Part shown: piece by piece, positions 27,875 through 41,064 of the stretch | How positions within the stretch are numbered: the stretch's first letter is position 1 | Layout of the letters: each line of letters starts with the position of its first letter | NCBI GenBank assembly: GCA_951406725.2 | Contig: OX597815.1 | Coordinates: 160,084,001 to 160,148,000, forward strand | DNA length: 64,000 bases | Direction: 5' to 3' | Source of the DNA: Octopus vulgaris | Taxonomy: Eukaryota | Notes under the pieces: generated by a model | Databases searched by the model: none | Seen by the model: the letters and a program-made list of their open reading frames with translations, nothing else | What the model was told of the DNA's origin: nothing | Made by a program: the position numbers and the translations under genes

Positions 27875-30800
27875 TCATCATCATTTGGCGTCTGCTTTCC
27901 ATGCTAGCATGGGTTGGACGGTTCAACTGGGGTCTGTGAAGCCAGAAGGCTGCATCAGGCCCAGTCTGATCTGGCAGTGTTTCTACGGCTGGATGCCCTT
28001 CCTAACGCCAATCACTCCGTGAGTGTAGTGGGTGCTTTTTATGTGCCACCCGCACAGGTGCCAGACGGAGCTGGCAAACGGCCACGGATGGATGGTGCTT
28101 TTTACGTGCCAGTCTGGGCGGTACTGGCAACGGCCACATTCGGATGATTCTCTTACGTGCCACTGGCACTGGTAACTCAGCTGCAATTTCCATTGATCGA
28201 TTTAGATTCTGATTCCCACTTGCCTCAACAGGTCTTCACAAGTAGAGTTTTGTTTCCCAGGAAGGGAAGGTATGCATAAGTGGGCTGGCTACATCCCATG
28301 TAGAAGGCCACAGGTTATGGTCTCACTTGTCACGCACAGCATTCTTCCAGAGGTCTCGGTCTCTAGTCATTTCCTCAGTGAGACCTAAAGTTCGAAGGTC
28401 ATGCTTCACCACCTCGTCCCAGGTTTTCATGGGTCTGCCTCTTCCACAGGTTCCCTCAACCGCTAGGGTGTGGCACCTTTTCACACAACTATCTTCATCC
28501 ATTCTCACCACATTCCCATGCCAGCGCAAACGTCTCTCTTGCACACCACATCTGATGCTTCTTAGGTCCAGCTTTTCTCTCAAGGTACTTACACTCTGTC
28601 AAGTATGAGTACTGACATTACACATCCATCGGAGCATACTGGCTTCATTTCTTGTGAGCTTACACGTATCCTCAGCAGTCACGGCCCATGTTTCATTGCC
28701 ATGTAGCATGGCTGTTCGTACACATGCGTCATACAGTCTGCCTTTTACTCTGAGCGAGAGGCCTTTTGTCACCAGAGATCTCTGAACTTTGCCAAGCTAT
28801 TCTTACTCTAGCAGTTACACTTTCAGCACACCCGGCCCACGCTGCTGACTTGGTCACCTAGGTAACGGAAGCTATCAACTATTTCTAGTTTTTCTTCCTG
28901 GAAAGTGACAGAAGTTGGTCAGAGCATTTTCAGTGTTTATTGTTCCTGAGCATCTGCCACATACAAAAACCATCTTCCTAGTTAGCCTTCCTTTGACATT
29001 GCTGCACCTCTTATGTGTCCATAGCTTACATTTGGTGCATTTTATAGAGTTTCTACCTACACCTTTTCTACAGATCGAGCAGGGCCATCTACCTGAAGGC
29101 GTTTGTGATTTGTCTACCTTCCTACTTATTACGACTTTGGTTTTAGCTAGATTGACTCTAAGGCTCTTCGATTCTAATCCTTGCTTCCACGCCTGAAACT
29201 TCACCTCGAGTTCTGATAGTGACTCAGCAATTAGAGCAAGGTCGTCAGCATAGAGGAGCTCCCATGGGCATCCTGTCTTGAATTCCTCCATTATTGCCTG
29301 GAGGACTATGATAAATAGGAGGGGGCTGAGGACTGAGCCTTGGTGGACCCCTACCTCTACCCGGAATTCTTCACTGTACTCGTTGCCACTGTACTCACCT
29401 TACTAGCAGCGTCCCTGTACATGGCTCGCACAGCTCTCACTAACCATTCATCTATCCCTAGTTTCCTCATTGACCACCAGATAAGGGATCGGGGGATCCT
29501 GTCAAAGGCTTTCTCCATGTCAACAAAAGCCAGGTACAGGGGCTTATCTTTGGCTAGGTATTTCTCCTGCAGCTGCATTACCAGGAATATAGCATCAGTG
29601 GTACTTTTCCCTGGCACGAACCCAAACTGCATCTCATCTAAACTAACTCTCTCTCTAATTAGTTGGGCTATGACCCACTCCGTAACCTTCATCACCTGAT
29701 CCAACAGCTTGATACCTCTGTAATTATTTGTATTTAGGGCGTCACCTTTACCTTTGTAGCAGTTGACTATTATGCTGCTACACCAGTCATTGGTTATGAC
29801 TCCTTCGTGTATCACCTGATTAACTATACGGTTGACTAGGCTATAGCCGACACTACCAGATATTTTGAGCATCTCTGCAGTGATTTCTGATGGGCCTGGG
29901 GCTTTCCCTGTCTTCATGCTTCTAATTGCCTTAACTACCAAGGACCTATCAACTCGGATAGCTGGTCCCTCTGTTGGGTCAACATTCGGCAGACTCTCTT
30001 TATCCTATTCATTTTCTTTATTCAGCAACCTTTCATAGTGGCATCTCCAAACCTCTCTCTTTGCATCCTCATTTAGCGCAAGTGAACCATCTTCCATGCG
30101 AACACACTTCTCTCCTACCACATCACAATTCTCTCTCACACACTGTCTTGCAACGCGAAACACCTCCAGTCTTTGGTCCTCACGGCGCAGAACATTGGCA
30201 AATTTTTTCTTATCTGCTTCCCCTCTGGCTAGATAGACCTGTCTCCTAGCTTCCCTTTTGGCAGTCTGATACAATTCCCTGCTACCACCATTCTTCCAGT
30301 GCTTCCAAGTCTGTCTCTTTTCTCTAATAGCCCTGTCTACAACACTGTTCCACCACCACGTTACCTTGGGACGAGAGGAGACTTTGCACCAGCCACAGAT
30401 CTGGTCAGTGGCTCTCAGCAGGTTGTCCCTTAGAAACGTCCAGTTGCCTTCTACCCCATGTGATACTCTATCCCCTTCTACTTCGTCAAAGGCTTCAAGT
30501 AGCATGTCCCTAAATCTCTGTCCATTCGCAGGATCTTTAAGCTTCCAGATCCTTCTTCTCCATGTTGGTCGTCTTCTGGTTGTTCTCCTAGTACTGATCC
30601 TAAAGTCACTAACTACCAGTCTATGTTGTGGGGTACATTCTTCGCCTGGGAAGGTTTTGGCATTCATAAGCAACCATCTCTCCCTTTGTCTGGCAAGGAT
30701 GTAGTCAATTTGGCTGGTATGTTGGCCCGATCGGTAGGTGACTAGGTGGCTGGTAGGTTTCCTGAAGTTAGTGTTGCAAATCATAAGATTATTTGCATCG

Positions 30801-31473
30801 CAGAACTCCAGCAGCCTGGTTCCCTCCTCGTTGCGGGAACCATAGCCATAGCCTCCATGTATGCCATGGAAGCCCCAGCATGTCGTCCAATGTGACCATT
30901 GATGTCACCAGCCACGAAGAGAAGGTCTCTGTCGTTCGTCAACGAGGTAGTCTGCAGTAGAGTGTCATAGAATCGGTCTTTCTGTCCATCGGGTAGCCCC
31001 GACTGAGGAGCATAGGCTGATATAATGGTTGCTAAACTATGATGAAGCACTTAAGTATTCTGTCACATACTCTGATTACCTCAATTACTTTATCTACCCA
31101 TTTCTCAGCGATAAGTATACCCACGCCACCAACCCCGTCAGTGTTCCCTGCCCAGAAAATCTTGTATCTGCATTCTTTGCCTGTGAGGAACCTAGCAGAT
31201 CCTCCTCTCCACCTTACTTCTTGCATGCAAGATATATCCACACATCTCCGTTCAAGCATCTCGACTATCTCGCCAGACCTACCTTTCAGTGTGCCAACGT
31301 TGAGGGTGCCAACCCTGAGGGTGTGGGAGGCATGGGCCCTAGAGACCCTGGGACGGTGGACAGTAGCTTCATGTACCTGAAAAGAAAGCTCGCATTTGGC
31401 AGAATTCATGTGCAAGTAATAGAGTAGCCTTCAGTACAACCTGCATAACACTAGCCTTTCATATTTTGCACTG
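27872..31473 (-). mobile_element. RTE-clade LINE, near full-length ORF (APE endonuclease + RT), decayed
   Basis: LRVGTLNVGTL..CMQEVRW, SAYAPQ, SQIDYIL, NYRGIKLL, FVDMEKAFDR, LLYADDL, RRLRWHGNV; several frameshifts/stops; (ATG)n tail; (TA)n at both ends. Confidence 0.95.
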
Positions 31474-32229
31474 TATATATATATATATATATAGGACAGA
31501 CTTCTTTGAAACTGAAAGTATTATCTCACATTACAATAGAGACTGAAATTGTAAGATATAAGAGATTGCTCTAGACTTGCATTAGGCAAGATGTTGGAAA
31601 TTTTTTGGCCCATGACACTGCATGGACCTTGACTCTTGTATTTGACGGCTGTTACTTTAAGTATTTTATTTCGATTTTATGTATATATGTATGAGCCAAT
31701 GAGGGAGACCTCTACATGGTAGCTAGACCTTCTAGAAATAGCAGCCAAATCTCCCTCAAAAAACCCTACTGTCTTAATCAGACAATTCTGCCTATTATGT
31801 TATTTGGATGAGAAACTGTAACTAAAGATTAAGATTATTAACCCAAAAATTTTAGTGTTTTAATAGCAATCAATTTTTTCCTCTCTTTTGTGTAGCTTTT
31901 CCTGTCAGCTGTAAAAGTGAAGAGGGTTAACATGGACAGTGTTAAGTAGTGGAGATGTTTGGTGATTCTATGTGGTGGTTACTTTTGACTGTTTCTTCTC
32001 AATAAGGCTAATTGATCGATAATGAATCCTAACACAATATATATACAACTCCAAGTAGAGTTGGAGGTCATAAGAGAGACAGCATAGCGATGGTTTTGGC
32101 TGACTGATGATTCCTATGGTTTTTGTTGATTCCTATGTCAACCAACCATAAGCCTCGTTGTATTCACTGCTCACAGCACATGATGGCGGTGCACATGTCA
32201 TCTTCATTGACTTCTGATGTAGACGATTC

Positions 32230-33170
32230 TGAGGGGAAATCTTCGGCATTTTGTTACATGCATGTGATTAATCTAACAGCTATACAAAATCATCTTAGAG
32301 ACAGTATCGCAGATGCCCTCATCTGCCTTAATTGTTTTGCAGGCTGTGATTCAACAAGCTGTTTCTATGGCTGCTGTAAGAAGAAAGCCTTGAAGCTCAT
32401 GACTGAATCTGTAGATTTTCAAGCAGCCTTTCAACAATTTGGGTGCAGCATTCTCTGTAGAAGGTGGTCTGGTACACACAGTGGAGAAATTTGTTTGTAG
32501 ACTGTATGATCAAGATTGTTTGAGTGTCAATACAGCACGGTATAACTAGTTCTTGATGGGCACTAAAACAGAGATGAACATACCTCCCACACATGATGCC
32601 ATGGTAAAACATCTGATGAGGGTAAACTACCACGTAGGAGTACACACCAGATGTCTTGAACAGTTTCCCAGTATCCCCAGCATACACAACCATGGATGGT
32701 AGCAGATACCACTATAGAGGTAGTCTGGGATGATCTTCCACCTGAACCAAGTGCTCTGCTTGAGCTTACTTATTGTAATATTAACAAGACCAAAGAAACT
32801 CATCACTTTTCTCTCATCTCCCTCATCCCTGTCTTACACTTTATTCTTCTGCCTTTAGCCTCTTCTCTCATGCCCGTACCTCTATCTCTCATGCTCTCTT
32901 TCTATCTCTCTCTCAATTTCTTGCATGCATGCACACACACACATACACACATACACATGCATGCATTCACACACAGACACCTCTCTCTCTCTCTTGCAAG
33001 AAGAATAGCTGTGAGGAACCCAAAGGTGAAGGAAAGGGTCGTTGTTCATGTTGGCAGCAGAAGGTAACCTGCACAGATCTGTGTAGATTCCTTAATTGCC
33101 AATATTTAGCTCAAGCAGGAAATGATGTAGAAGGTGATGAAGATGATACACACAATGAGGAAGAAGACTA
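32230..33170 (+). mobile_element. Academ-type (XPG-like + Cys-rich) transposase C-terminal relic
   Basis: ALICLNCFAGCDSTSCFYG..KKKALKL, PPTHDAMVKHL, GW..W..LPP.PSALLELTYC/SCKKNSC..CSC...CTDLC; split by an insertion at 32777-32991; superfamily assignment from recalled motifs. Confidence 0.7.
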
Positions 33171-33962
33171 GAAGTATGAGAGCTCACCTCAAATGAGAAT
33201 GTTGGCTTGGATTATCTGTAAATTTCAATTTTACTTGTTTTCATATTCATGCATTAAATTGAATTGTAATCCATTACAAGCATAGTTTGTCACTTCTCCA
33301 GTGAGTTACAGAAGTGGTTGTGAATTCCAATATTTAAACCCACACTATTATTTTACAGACATTTACCACTTTGGTAAAGTTTTCATCCTGCATTAATTGA
33401 AAATGTATATGATGTTAGACACAGCTTTGAAATGATGGCCAGATGTAGGTATGAAGTGTATTTATCATGCCATACATGGACAATGCAACCTGGTCATTTA
33501 ACAAACTGCTTTGGGACCTTTGAATTTATTTGATTCAATTTATTCAATCGTTAATAAGCTACCAACATAAAGTGTTGTTATTAATGAAGACAAGCTGAAA
33601 ATGGATATCAATAACTGTTTTATGTCACATTTGTCAAATGTCCAAGTTACTTACAGTAACGTATATTGGTATCAATATTACATGTGTGGATACTTTTATC
33701 AGTTCTCAAAATTTTCTGTTTAGAATGAAGAGATGTGGAGTGAGAGAAAGAGAGGGAGAGGTATCTGTGTGTGAATGCATGCATGTGTATATGTGTATTT
33801 GTGTGTGTGCATGCATGCAAGAAATTGAGAGAGAGAGAGAGCATGAGAGATAGAGGTACGGGCATGAGAGAAGAGGCTAAGGGCAGAAGAATAAAATGTA
33901 AGACAGGAATGAGGGAGATGAGAGAAAAGTGATGAGTTTCTTTGGTCTTGTTAATATTACAA
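32773..33962. repeat. ~220-bp inverted duplication (32773-32994 / ~33747-33962)
   Basis: Direct reverse-complement match with few differences; ORFs 32696..33067 and 33647..33865 share MPVPLSLML..LNFLHACTH. Confidence 0.95.
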
Positions 33963-34334
33963 GTATTATTATTATCATCATCATCATTGTTATTTTTAAA
34001 GATTACTACATGTATTTCTTAACGTTTGACATGCTTCAGAGTTCAGACAAAATTTACCCTTCATAACCCCCTCCCCCATTCCCATTTAATTTAAATGATT
34101 TGCAAACGTACCTCAGTAAGTGAAAATATTTCAAGTAAAAACCAAGAAAAAGACCCTCTAATAGTATGTAAATTTAAGTTAATCTTATTTATTGTGAAAT
34201 CAGATTTGTTTCAACATTCTGTTAGTCACAATCTTTCCTTCACAATGCAAAAGCAATCCAATACACACATCATTGGCCTAGTTTCCAATTTTGGACTCAA
34301 GATGGCGACTGAGATAATTATGAAATATAAGTAT

Positions 34335-34496
34335 GGCATAGGAGTGACTGTGTAGTGAGTAGCTTGCATACCAACCATGTGGTTCCAGGTTCAGTCCCGT
34401 TGCACGGCACCTTCAGCAAGTGTCTTCTACTATAGCCTTGGGTCGACCAAAGCCTTGTGAGTAGATTTGGTAGACGGAAACTGAAAGAAGCCCGTC

Positions 34497-34556
<60 letters not shown>

Positions 34557-34770
34557 ATGTGTGCTTGTGTGTCTATGTTTGTCCTCCCAGCATCACTTGA
34601 CAACTGATGCTGGTGTGTTTACGTTCCCGTAACTTAGCGGTTCGGCAAAAGAGACTGATAGAATAAGTACTAGGCTTGCAAAGAATAAGTCCTGGGGTCG
34701 ATTTGCTCAACTAAAGGTGGTGCTCCAGCATGGCCACAGTCAAATGACTGAAACAAGTAAAAGAATAAAG
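34335..34770 (+). mobile_element. SINE family B, full length
   Basis: Matches 17347-17740. Confidence 0.9.
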
Positions 34771-35569
34771 AGAGAGAGAGAGAGAGTATGATAATTAATT
34801 TAATGTCTACTTTTAATGTTCGACAAATTTGTGTGTTTGTTATTCATATTTTTCTCTACTGTTGTGCAAAATTTCATGTTGTTACCATGTTGTGATCACA
34901 AAGACAAAAAAAAAACTAGTGCAATTTTAGATGTCTGCATCCCTGCCTATTAAAATGTTTTTTTTTTTATATAGCTATAATTCTGAGAAACGAAGGGCCT
35001 GTAATTGTTAACCATTGAAATAAATAAATAGTCGACTATGACACCTTATTACTTTTGATCTATATTCAAGAAAACCCTTTGCACTTCACCTCTTCCCCCT
35101 TCTCCATGTTATCATTAAGTGCCTTAAGAATGTTCTTCATGGATAATACTAAACTTTAGATCATGCCCAGTAATTAGATCATGTAAAAACTTCAGATGAC
35201 CCTGTGACTACTGGCAGTTTACATCATATAAAAGTTCAGCTGACCTTGTGAACCTACAAGCAGTTCAGATGCATCGAACTTGTCATGACAACTCATTCCT
35301 TTTGATCTGCAAACATGGAAATGATATATTTCACCTCCTACTCACTATTGTTGTCACACAATGTTCGTTTCACATTGGCTTATAGATGGTTCTATCTTGT
35401 TATATATTATTAATTCTGGTAGGTAGAGAGTAGCATGTACATCTGTCATAGAGCAACCATAGTTTGTAACACATTAATCAGTAAAATTTTTATTTCATTC
35501 AGCATTCTAGCTGTATGTTAACTAAAATATATTCTCAGCATACACTGACTGTAATTTTTAGAAATATAT

Positions 35570-35930
35570 ATTCTTTTATCCTTTTACTGGTTTCAGTCAT
35601 TTGACTGCGGCCATGTTGGAGCACCACCTTAAAATGTTTTAGTCGAAGAAATTGACCCCAGGACTTATTCTTTGTACTTTGTACCTATTATATCGGTCTC
35701 TTTTGCCAAACTGCTAAACAGACACACACACATACTCACACATGCACACACACACACATACATACGATGGGCTTCTTTCAGTTTCTGTCTATGAAATCTA
35801 CTTACAAGGCTTTGGTCAGCCCAAGGCTATAGTAGAAGACACTTGCTCAAGGTATCATGCAGTGGGACTGAAACCAGAACCATGTTGCTGGGAAGCAAGC
35901 TTCCTACCACACAGTCACACATGTGCCTAT
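35570..35930 (-). mobile_element. SINE family B
   Basis: Reverse-complement match to family B with an internal deletion. Confidence 0.8.
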
Positions 35931-36635
35931 ATTATATACAAGTAGAAGCAACTGAGTAGCAACTGCAATTACCAAATGAAAATTGAAGCATGGGAAAATT
36001 TAGTGATGAAGATTGATCTCAAAAGGGCAAACGTTATGAAGCAAACAATAAAGGACTAAGACTAGTAATGATATAGAGTGGACCCAACAATAGTAAAGAT
36101 GCATTGTACCTTGTGAAGTTAGAGGTTCCTCATACCTTTATGTGTTTGGCTACTTAAGGCTATGGGTTTTGGTTTCTCAGGGCTGAGTTGAGGAGGTAAA
36201 GAAAAGAGGCAGCAATAACAGAAAGGATGTGAGATATTTATTTTTTTATTTCGTTTACTTGATTTTGTCATTGGACAATGGTCATACTGGAGCACTATCT
36301 TGAAGGGCTTTAGTTGAATTGCCCCGGCACTTATTTTTATGTTTTATACTTGTTCTATCAGTCTGTTTCACTGAATTGCTAAATTAAGAGGACATAAACA
36401 AACTAACACTGATTGTCAAGCAGTGTATGTGTGTGTGCGTGTTAGTGCATGTGGGGGGAGCGACATAAACACATACACACATATATGTGATAGGCTTCCA
36501 CACAGTTTTCACCAATCAAATTCACTCACAAGGCATTGATCAACATGGGGCGATAGTAGAAGTCACTTGCCCAGGTTGCTGCCAAGGAGGACTGAGTCCA
36601 AAATCACATAGTTGCAAATAAAACTTTTCAAGGAC

Positions 36636-36918
36636 ATTTTGTTGTGTCTGGGGAGAGTCATTTTCTTTTTGTGCCTTATAATGTAACACACTCACCGGTA
36701 AAAATTCCACTTATTTTTATTTCCCTATAATTTTCGTTGCTTCTTGCAACCTTTTCAATAGTCTTGACTCTCACTATTGAAAAGACTATTGAAAAGGTTG
36801 CAAGATGCAACGAAAATTTTAGGAAAATAAAAGTAAGAAATAAGTGGAATTTTTACCGCTGAGTGTGTTACATTATAAGGTACAAAAAGAAAATGACTCT
36901 CCCCAGACACAACAGAAT
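36636..36918. repeat. long hairpin, ~130-bp arms with 16-nt loop; probable Penelope-like inverted terminal repeat
   Basis: 36636-36765 is the near reverse complement of 36782-36918. Confidence 0.9.
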
Positions 36919-37229
36919 ATGCTTCAACACACGAGCTCATATAAAGAATCTTGCAAACCAAATCCCAAAACGAAATATTTTATGGACAGTTACGTGTGGA
37001 ATAGCAGCATGAAGATAGCATCATAGATTTATATATCACTGTATAAGATTACAATATGTTACTGCACCATTTAAAAGAAAAGAGCTGTGGAGCTTTCATT
37101 TTCTTGCTTGGTTATAAATAACCACTTTAAAATATAGATTTATTTGGTTCTTTTGTTCTCAACCTGATGTGATGTTCAAAGCTTAAAAGAAAACTTAAAA
37201 GCAAGAACCATTCTAGGTCAAAACATAAT

Positions 37230-37760
37230 ATTGTCATCATCATTTTGTCATCATTGTTCTGTCTTTGTTATTGTTGTCATCCGGTCATCATTCTTTCATT
37301 GTTATAGTCATCTAGTTGTCATCCTGTTCCATATGAACTGACATTACTACCATTTTTAACCCCAAGAGGAAGCTTCCTCTACCTGGATATCGATGCAATC
37401 TGCAGCCAACATATATGGCAAGCAGGAGAGCGAACCCCTACCCTCTTCTAACAATTTGATGGGACCATCCAGTTTTGGGCTATTTTTGTCCATTCACAGT
37501 GCTGGACACATGTCTGCTAGACAATGCTGTCCAGTCATCATTGTCATCATCCATTTGTTGTCCCATCGTCGTCATCGTCCAGTCATCGTCATCATTATCC
37601 TGTCAGTGTCATCATCATCATCCGGTTGTTGTCTTTTCATTGTTGTCATTGTCCTATCATCATCATCATCATCGTCATCCTGTCATCGTCATCATTGTCC
37701 TGTGGTCAGCATCATCCAGTTGTTATCCTGTCGTTGTTATCGTTATCATCATCCTCATCA
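37230..37760. repeat. degenerate (TCA/TGTCAT)n low-complexity tract
   Basis: Visible trinucleotide-derived repeats merging into an RTE (CAT)n tail at ~37745. Confidence 0.7.
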
Positions 37761-38499
37761 CTGAATGTCTGTTTTCCATGCTGACATGAGTTGGAAGGTT
37801 TGACAGGAGCTGGCAAAGCTGTGAGCTACACCAAGCTCCATTGACTGATTTGGCCCAGCTTCTGTGGCTGAATACCCTTTATAGGGAGTACTGGATGCTT
37901 TTTACATGGCATCATCATCAACAGCGTCACTAAGTAACTTGCAAGTAAAAAATGCTTCAACTGGGAGTGGGAAGTAGAATTGAAGGAGTGGCTTTGTGCC
38001 AGTTGATGAAAGATTAAAATTATTTAGGGATAATAATAGGTGTTTTGCTGTGCAAACAGAAATTGAATATTAACTTTTGAAGTTAATAGCATGCTCTGAT
38101 TGATAAAGAAGCTTATTAATGTCAAAAACATAATCTTAATAAAATCTCCAATACAAGTGTTAATGTTCTCAGAATAGTTGCTATTTTCATCTCTTATGGA
38201 GAGTTTCTAACTATCTATTTTGTTTGTTGCAAGATCAGTGACTGATTATCTCTCTATTTTTCTATATATTGTGAGTTGGAATGAACTACTACTATCTCTA
38301 ATGGACAGGTGTTCAGCACTGAAGATGAGCAAAAATAATCCCAAACCAGATAGTCTGCTGGTCCCATCAAATTGCTGGAAGATGGTAGGAGTTCACTCCC
38401 CTGCTTGCAATATATATCGGGTGCAGATTGCATCAATAACCAGCAAGAGGAAGCTTCCTCTTGGAGTTAAAAAATGGTAGAAGCATCAGTTTGTATGGA
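37328..38499. repeat. diverged ~195-bp inverted repeat pair (37328-37521 / 38297-38499)
   Basis: ctaccatttttaaccccaagaggaagcttcctct... mirrored at 38440-38480; ORFs 37393 (+) and 38254 (-) share MQSA..IY.KQ.SE.LPSS.NLMGP. Confidence 0.85.
38173..38270 (+). other. weak candidate exon (hydrophobic peptide, needs a 1-nt correction in a T run)
   Basis: Acceptor gttctcag, donor GTGAGT at 38271; reads IVAIFISYGEFLTIY/LFVARSVTDYLSIFLYI with one frameshift; alternative acceptor at 38233. Confidence 0.25.
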
Positions 38500-38983
38500 C
38501 AGTCTTGTTGAACAGTCTTGTTGAAGTGGTGACAAACATTACTTCTATATAAAGAATGATAAATATAAATGACAAAATATAATAATATACAGTTTGAAAT
38601 ACCTATATAATGATCTGCTTGTTCATTTGCCTTTATACTTTTGTTAGCTAGAAAGATGGAGGGGGAGTGAGTGTGAGGTGGAGTAAAAGAGAGAGAGAGA
38701 GGTGGGGAGGAATGTGAGTAGAAAAGAAAGAAGACAGGAGTATAATAATATACTAAGGTCATATGCATCATATGGTTAGTTGAAGGGAGAGGTGAAGAGC
38801 TAGAGAAAAAGACAGTGAGAGAAAAGAAAGAGAGAATGAGGATGAGAGATGTGTTAACGATGGTGGGGTGGGAAAAGTAAAGAAAAAGTGATATGTTTAG
38901 GATACAATATTTAGCAGAGAGTGATGTTCTGGTGGTGAGGTTAAAGAAAGGCAGACAGAGAGATATGAACAAGGGAGGCAGTT

Positions 38984-38988
<5 letters not shown>

Positions 38989-39043
<55 letters not shown>

Positions 39044-39054
39044 AGAGAGAGAGA
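38989..39054. repeat. (GA)n microsatellite
   Basis: Direct observation. Confidence 0.95.
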
Positions 39055-39649
39055 GGCACAGAGCATTTGTATTGTCAGAGTAGAGACACAATGACATTAA
39101 GAACAAGTAGATAAAAACAAACAGCCGAACTGAAATAAAATTAGCTTTGTTACTGAAAACTATAGTGGTGATGATGATGATGGCGATGGTAGTGGTGGTG
39201 TGTTGATAGTAAAAAGTATTTATTTTTATTGAACTAAATCTGTAATATTATTCATCTACCTGTTTGTTCACACTTTACTATTTAGCTTGTTAGTGAGGAC
39301 GAGGAGGATGAGAAGGCGGAGTGAGAGAGAGGCAGAGGGAATATGAAAGTGATTGAGAAGACAGATAGCCAGCAGGTGCATTATGCTGTTACTCATGTGG
39401 TGAGTGGACATGAGAGGTAAAAAGAAAGAGAGAAATATAAAGTGCTTAACAAAGGGAAATTTGTAAATAAAGTAATATATTATTGTGACTGGAAGTAAAA
39501 TAACTTAACAAAATAAAAGCATAAATGCAAATCTTCCTCTCCTTCTTAAATAACGTCTCTTAATCTTTTTCATTCTGTGGAATTTCCATGGGCCCCACTA
39601 ACCTTTAATAATTTCTAAATTTTTTGGATTGGGGCACAAGTCCGCATCT

Positions 39650-39838
39650 TAATGGCTCTGCAACCAGTATGCCATGGCATAGCACACTGGTGTGCCACAT
39701 GACAATGCTAGGTGTGCTGCAGTGTAGCCAGGATATAATTTTTTTCCCTATATTTTTAGTTATATTTCTAGGTCAGGTGTGCAGCCAAATTTTGAGAATA
39801 TATATGTACCTCAAGTGAAAAAGGTTGCAGAGTTCTGG
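39650..39838. mobile_element. degenerate hAT-like MITE
   Basis: ctctgcaacc ... ggttgcagag inverted ends; internal gcacactggtgtgc palindrome. Confidence 0.45.
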
Positions 39839-40309
39839 TCTAGGTCATGTGACAATTGTATAGAAAAGAAGCAAGGATGTATTTATTAACTAACAGTAAC
39901 CACATAACAGTCGGGCTTTAGTAAAGCACTATATACACAGATTTATTTGATTAATATACAGGTGTGGCTATGTGGTTAAGAAGCTGGCTTCCCAACCATC
40001 CGACCTTGGGTTCAGTCCCTCTGCATGGTACCTTGGACAAATGTCTTTGTCTAAAGTCTCAAACTGCCTGAAGCCTAGTGAGTGAATTTCGTAGATGGAT
40101 ATTCTGCGAATATTAATTCTCATGGATACATATGACATATCCAGAAAAGTGATTTATCTCTTATATTACTATGCTTTAGACATTTATATTAAATATCTAC
40201 AGTACAATGTATGATTATATATAATTCACTGTAAGGATGTATGTATGTAATTAATCTTCAAAAATAAACTAGATATAAATACTGTGATAAAAATGTTCTC
40301 TCTCTCTCT

Positions 40310-40760
40310 CTCTTTTACTCTTTTATTCTTTTACTTGTTTCAGTCATTTGAATGTGGCCATGCTGGAGCACCGCCTTTAGTCGAGCAAATTGACCCTAGG
40401 ACTTAGTTTTTGTAAGCCTAGTAGTTATTCTATCAGCCTCTTTTGCTGAACTGCTAAGTTACAGGGACGTAAACACACCAGCATTGGTTGTCAAGCAATG
40501 TTGGGGGGACAAACACAAACTTTTTATAAGCTCATTTTCTTACACATCCTCTAAAATAGGTACAAGCATATGTATATAATATATACATATACATATATAT
40601 GAGGGGCTTCTTTCAGTTTCCGTCAGCCAAATCCACTCACAAGGCTTTGGTCAGCCCGAGGCTATAGTAGAAGACACTTGCCCAAATTGCCACGCAGTGG
40701 GACTGAACCTGGAACCATGTGGTTGGTAAGCAAGCTACTTACCACACAGCCACTCCTGGT
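40310..40760 (-). mobile_element. SINE family B carrying a 53-bp foreign insert (40517-40569)
   Basis: Family B match; insert is the reverse complement of 41544-41596. Confidence 0.9.
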
Positions 40761-41029
40761 CATGTTTTTATAGCCAAATACCCTTCCTGATACTAAACCA
40801 TTTAGATGCTCTCTACAAGCAAAAGTATGGTGTAACTTTTATAAAACCTGGGATATGAATGGTGTGTGTGTGTATGCATGCGTGTGTGCATAAGACAGAC
40901 AGAGGCACAGAGAGCTTGATGGATATTTAGGCTAAGATCATAGTGTAGTAATGTGCAATAAAGTTCAAAGTTACAGAGTAGAGGTAGTTGTCTTCATAAA
41001 ACATGGACAGATGTTCCAATATGTGTCAT

Positions 41030-41064
<35 letters not shown>

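Noticed and set aside
30005-30007. In-frame UAG at an expected Trp of the RTE ORF, editable to UGG
   Set aside because: Several frameshifts elsewhere inactivate the copy; an ordinary G>A mutation explains it
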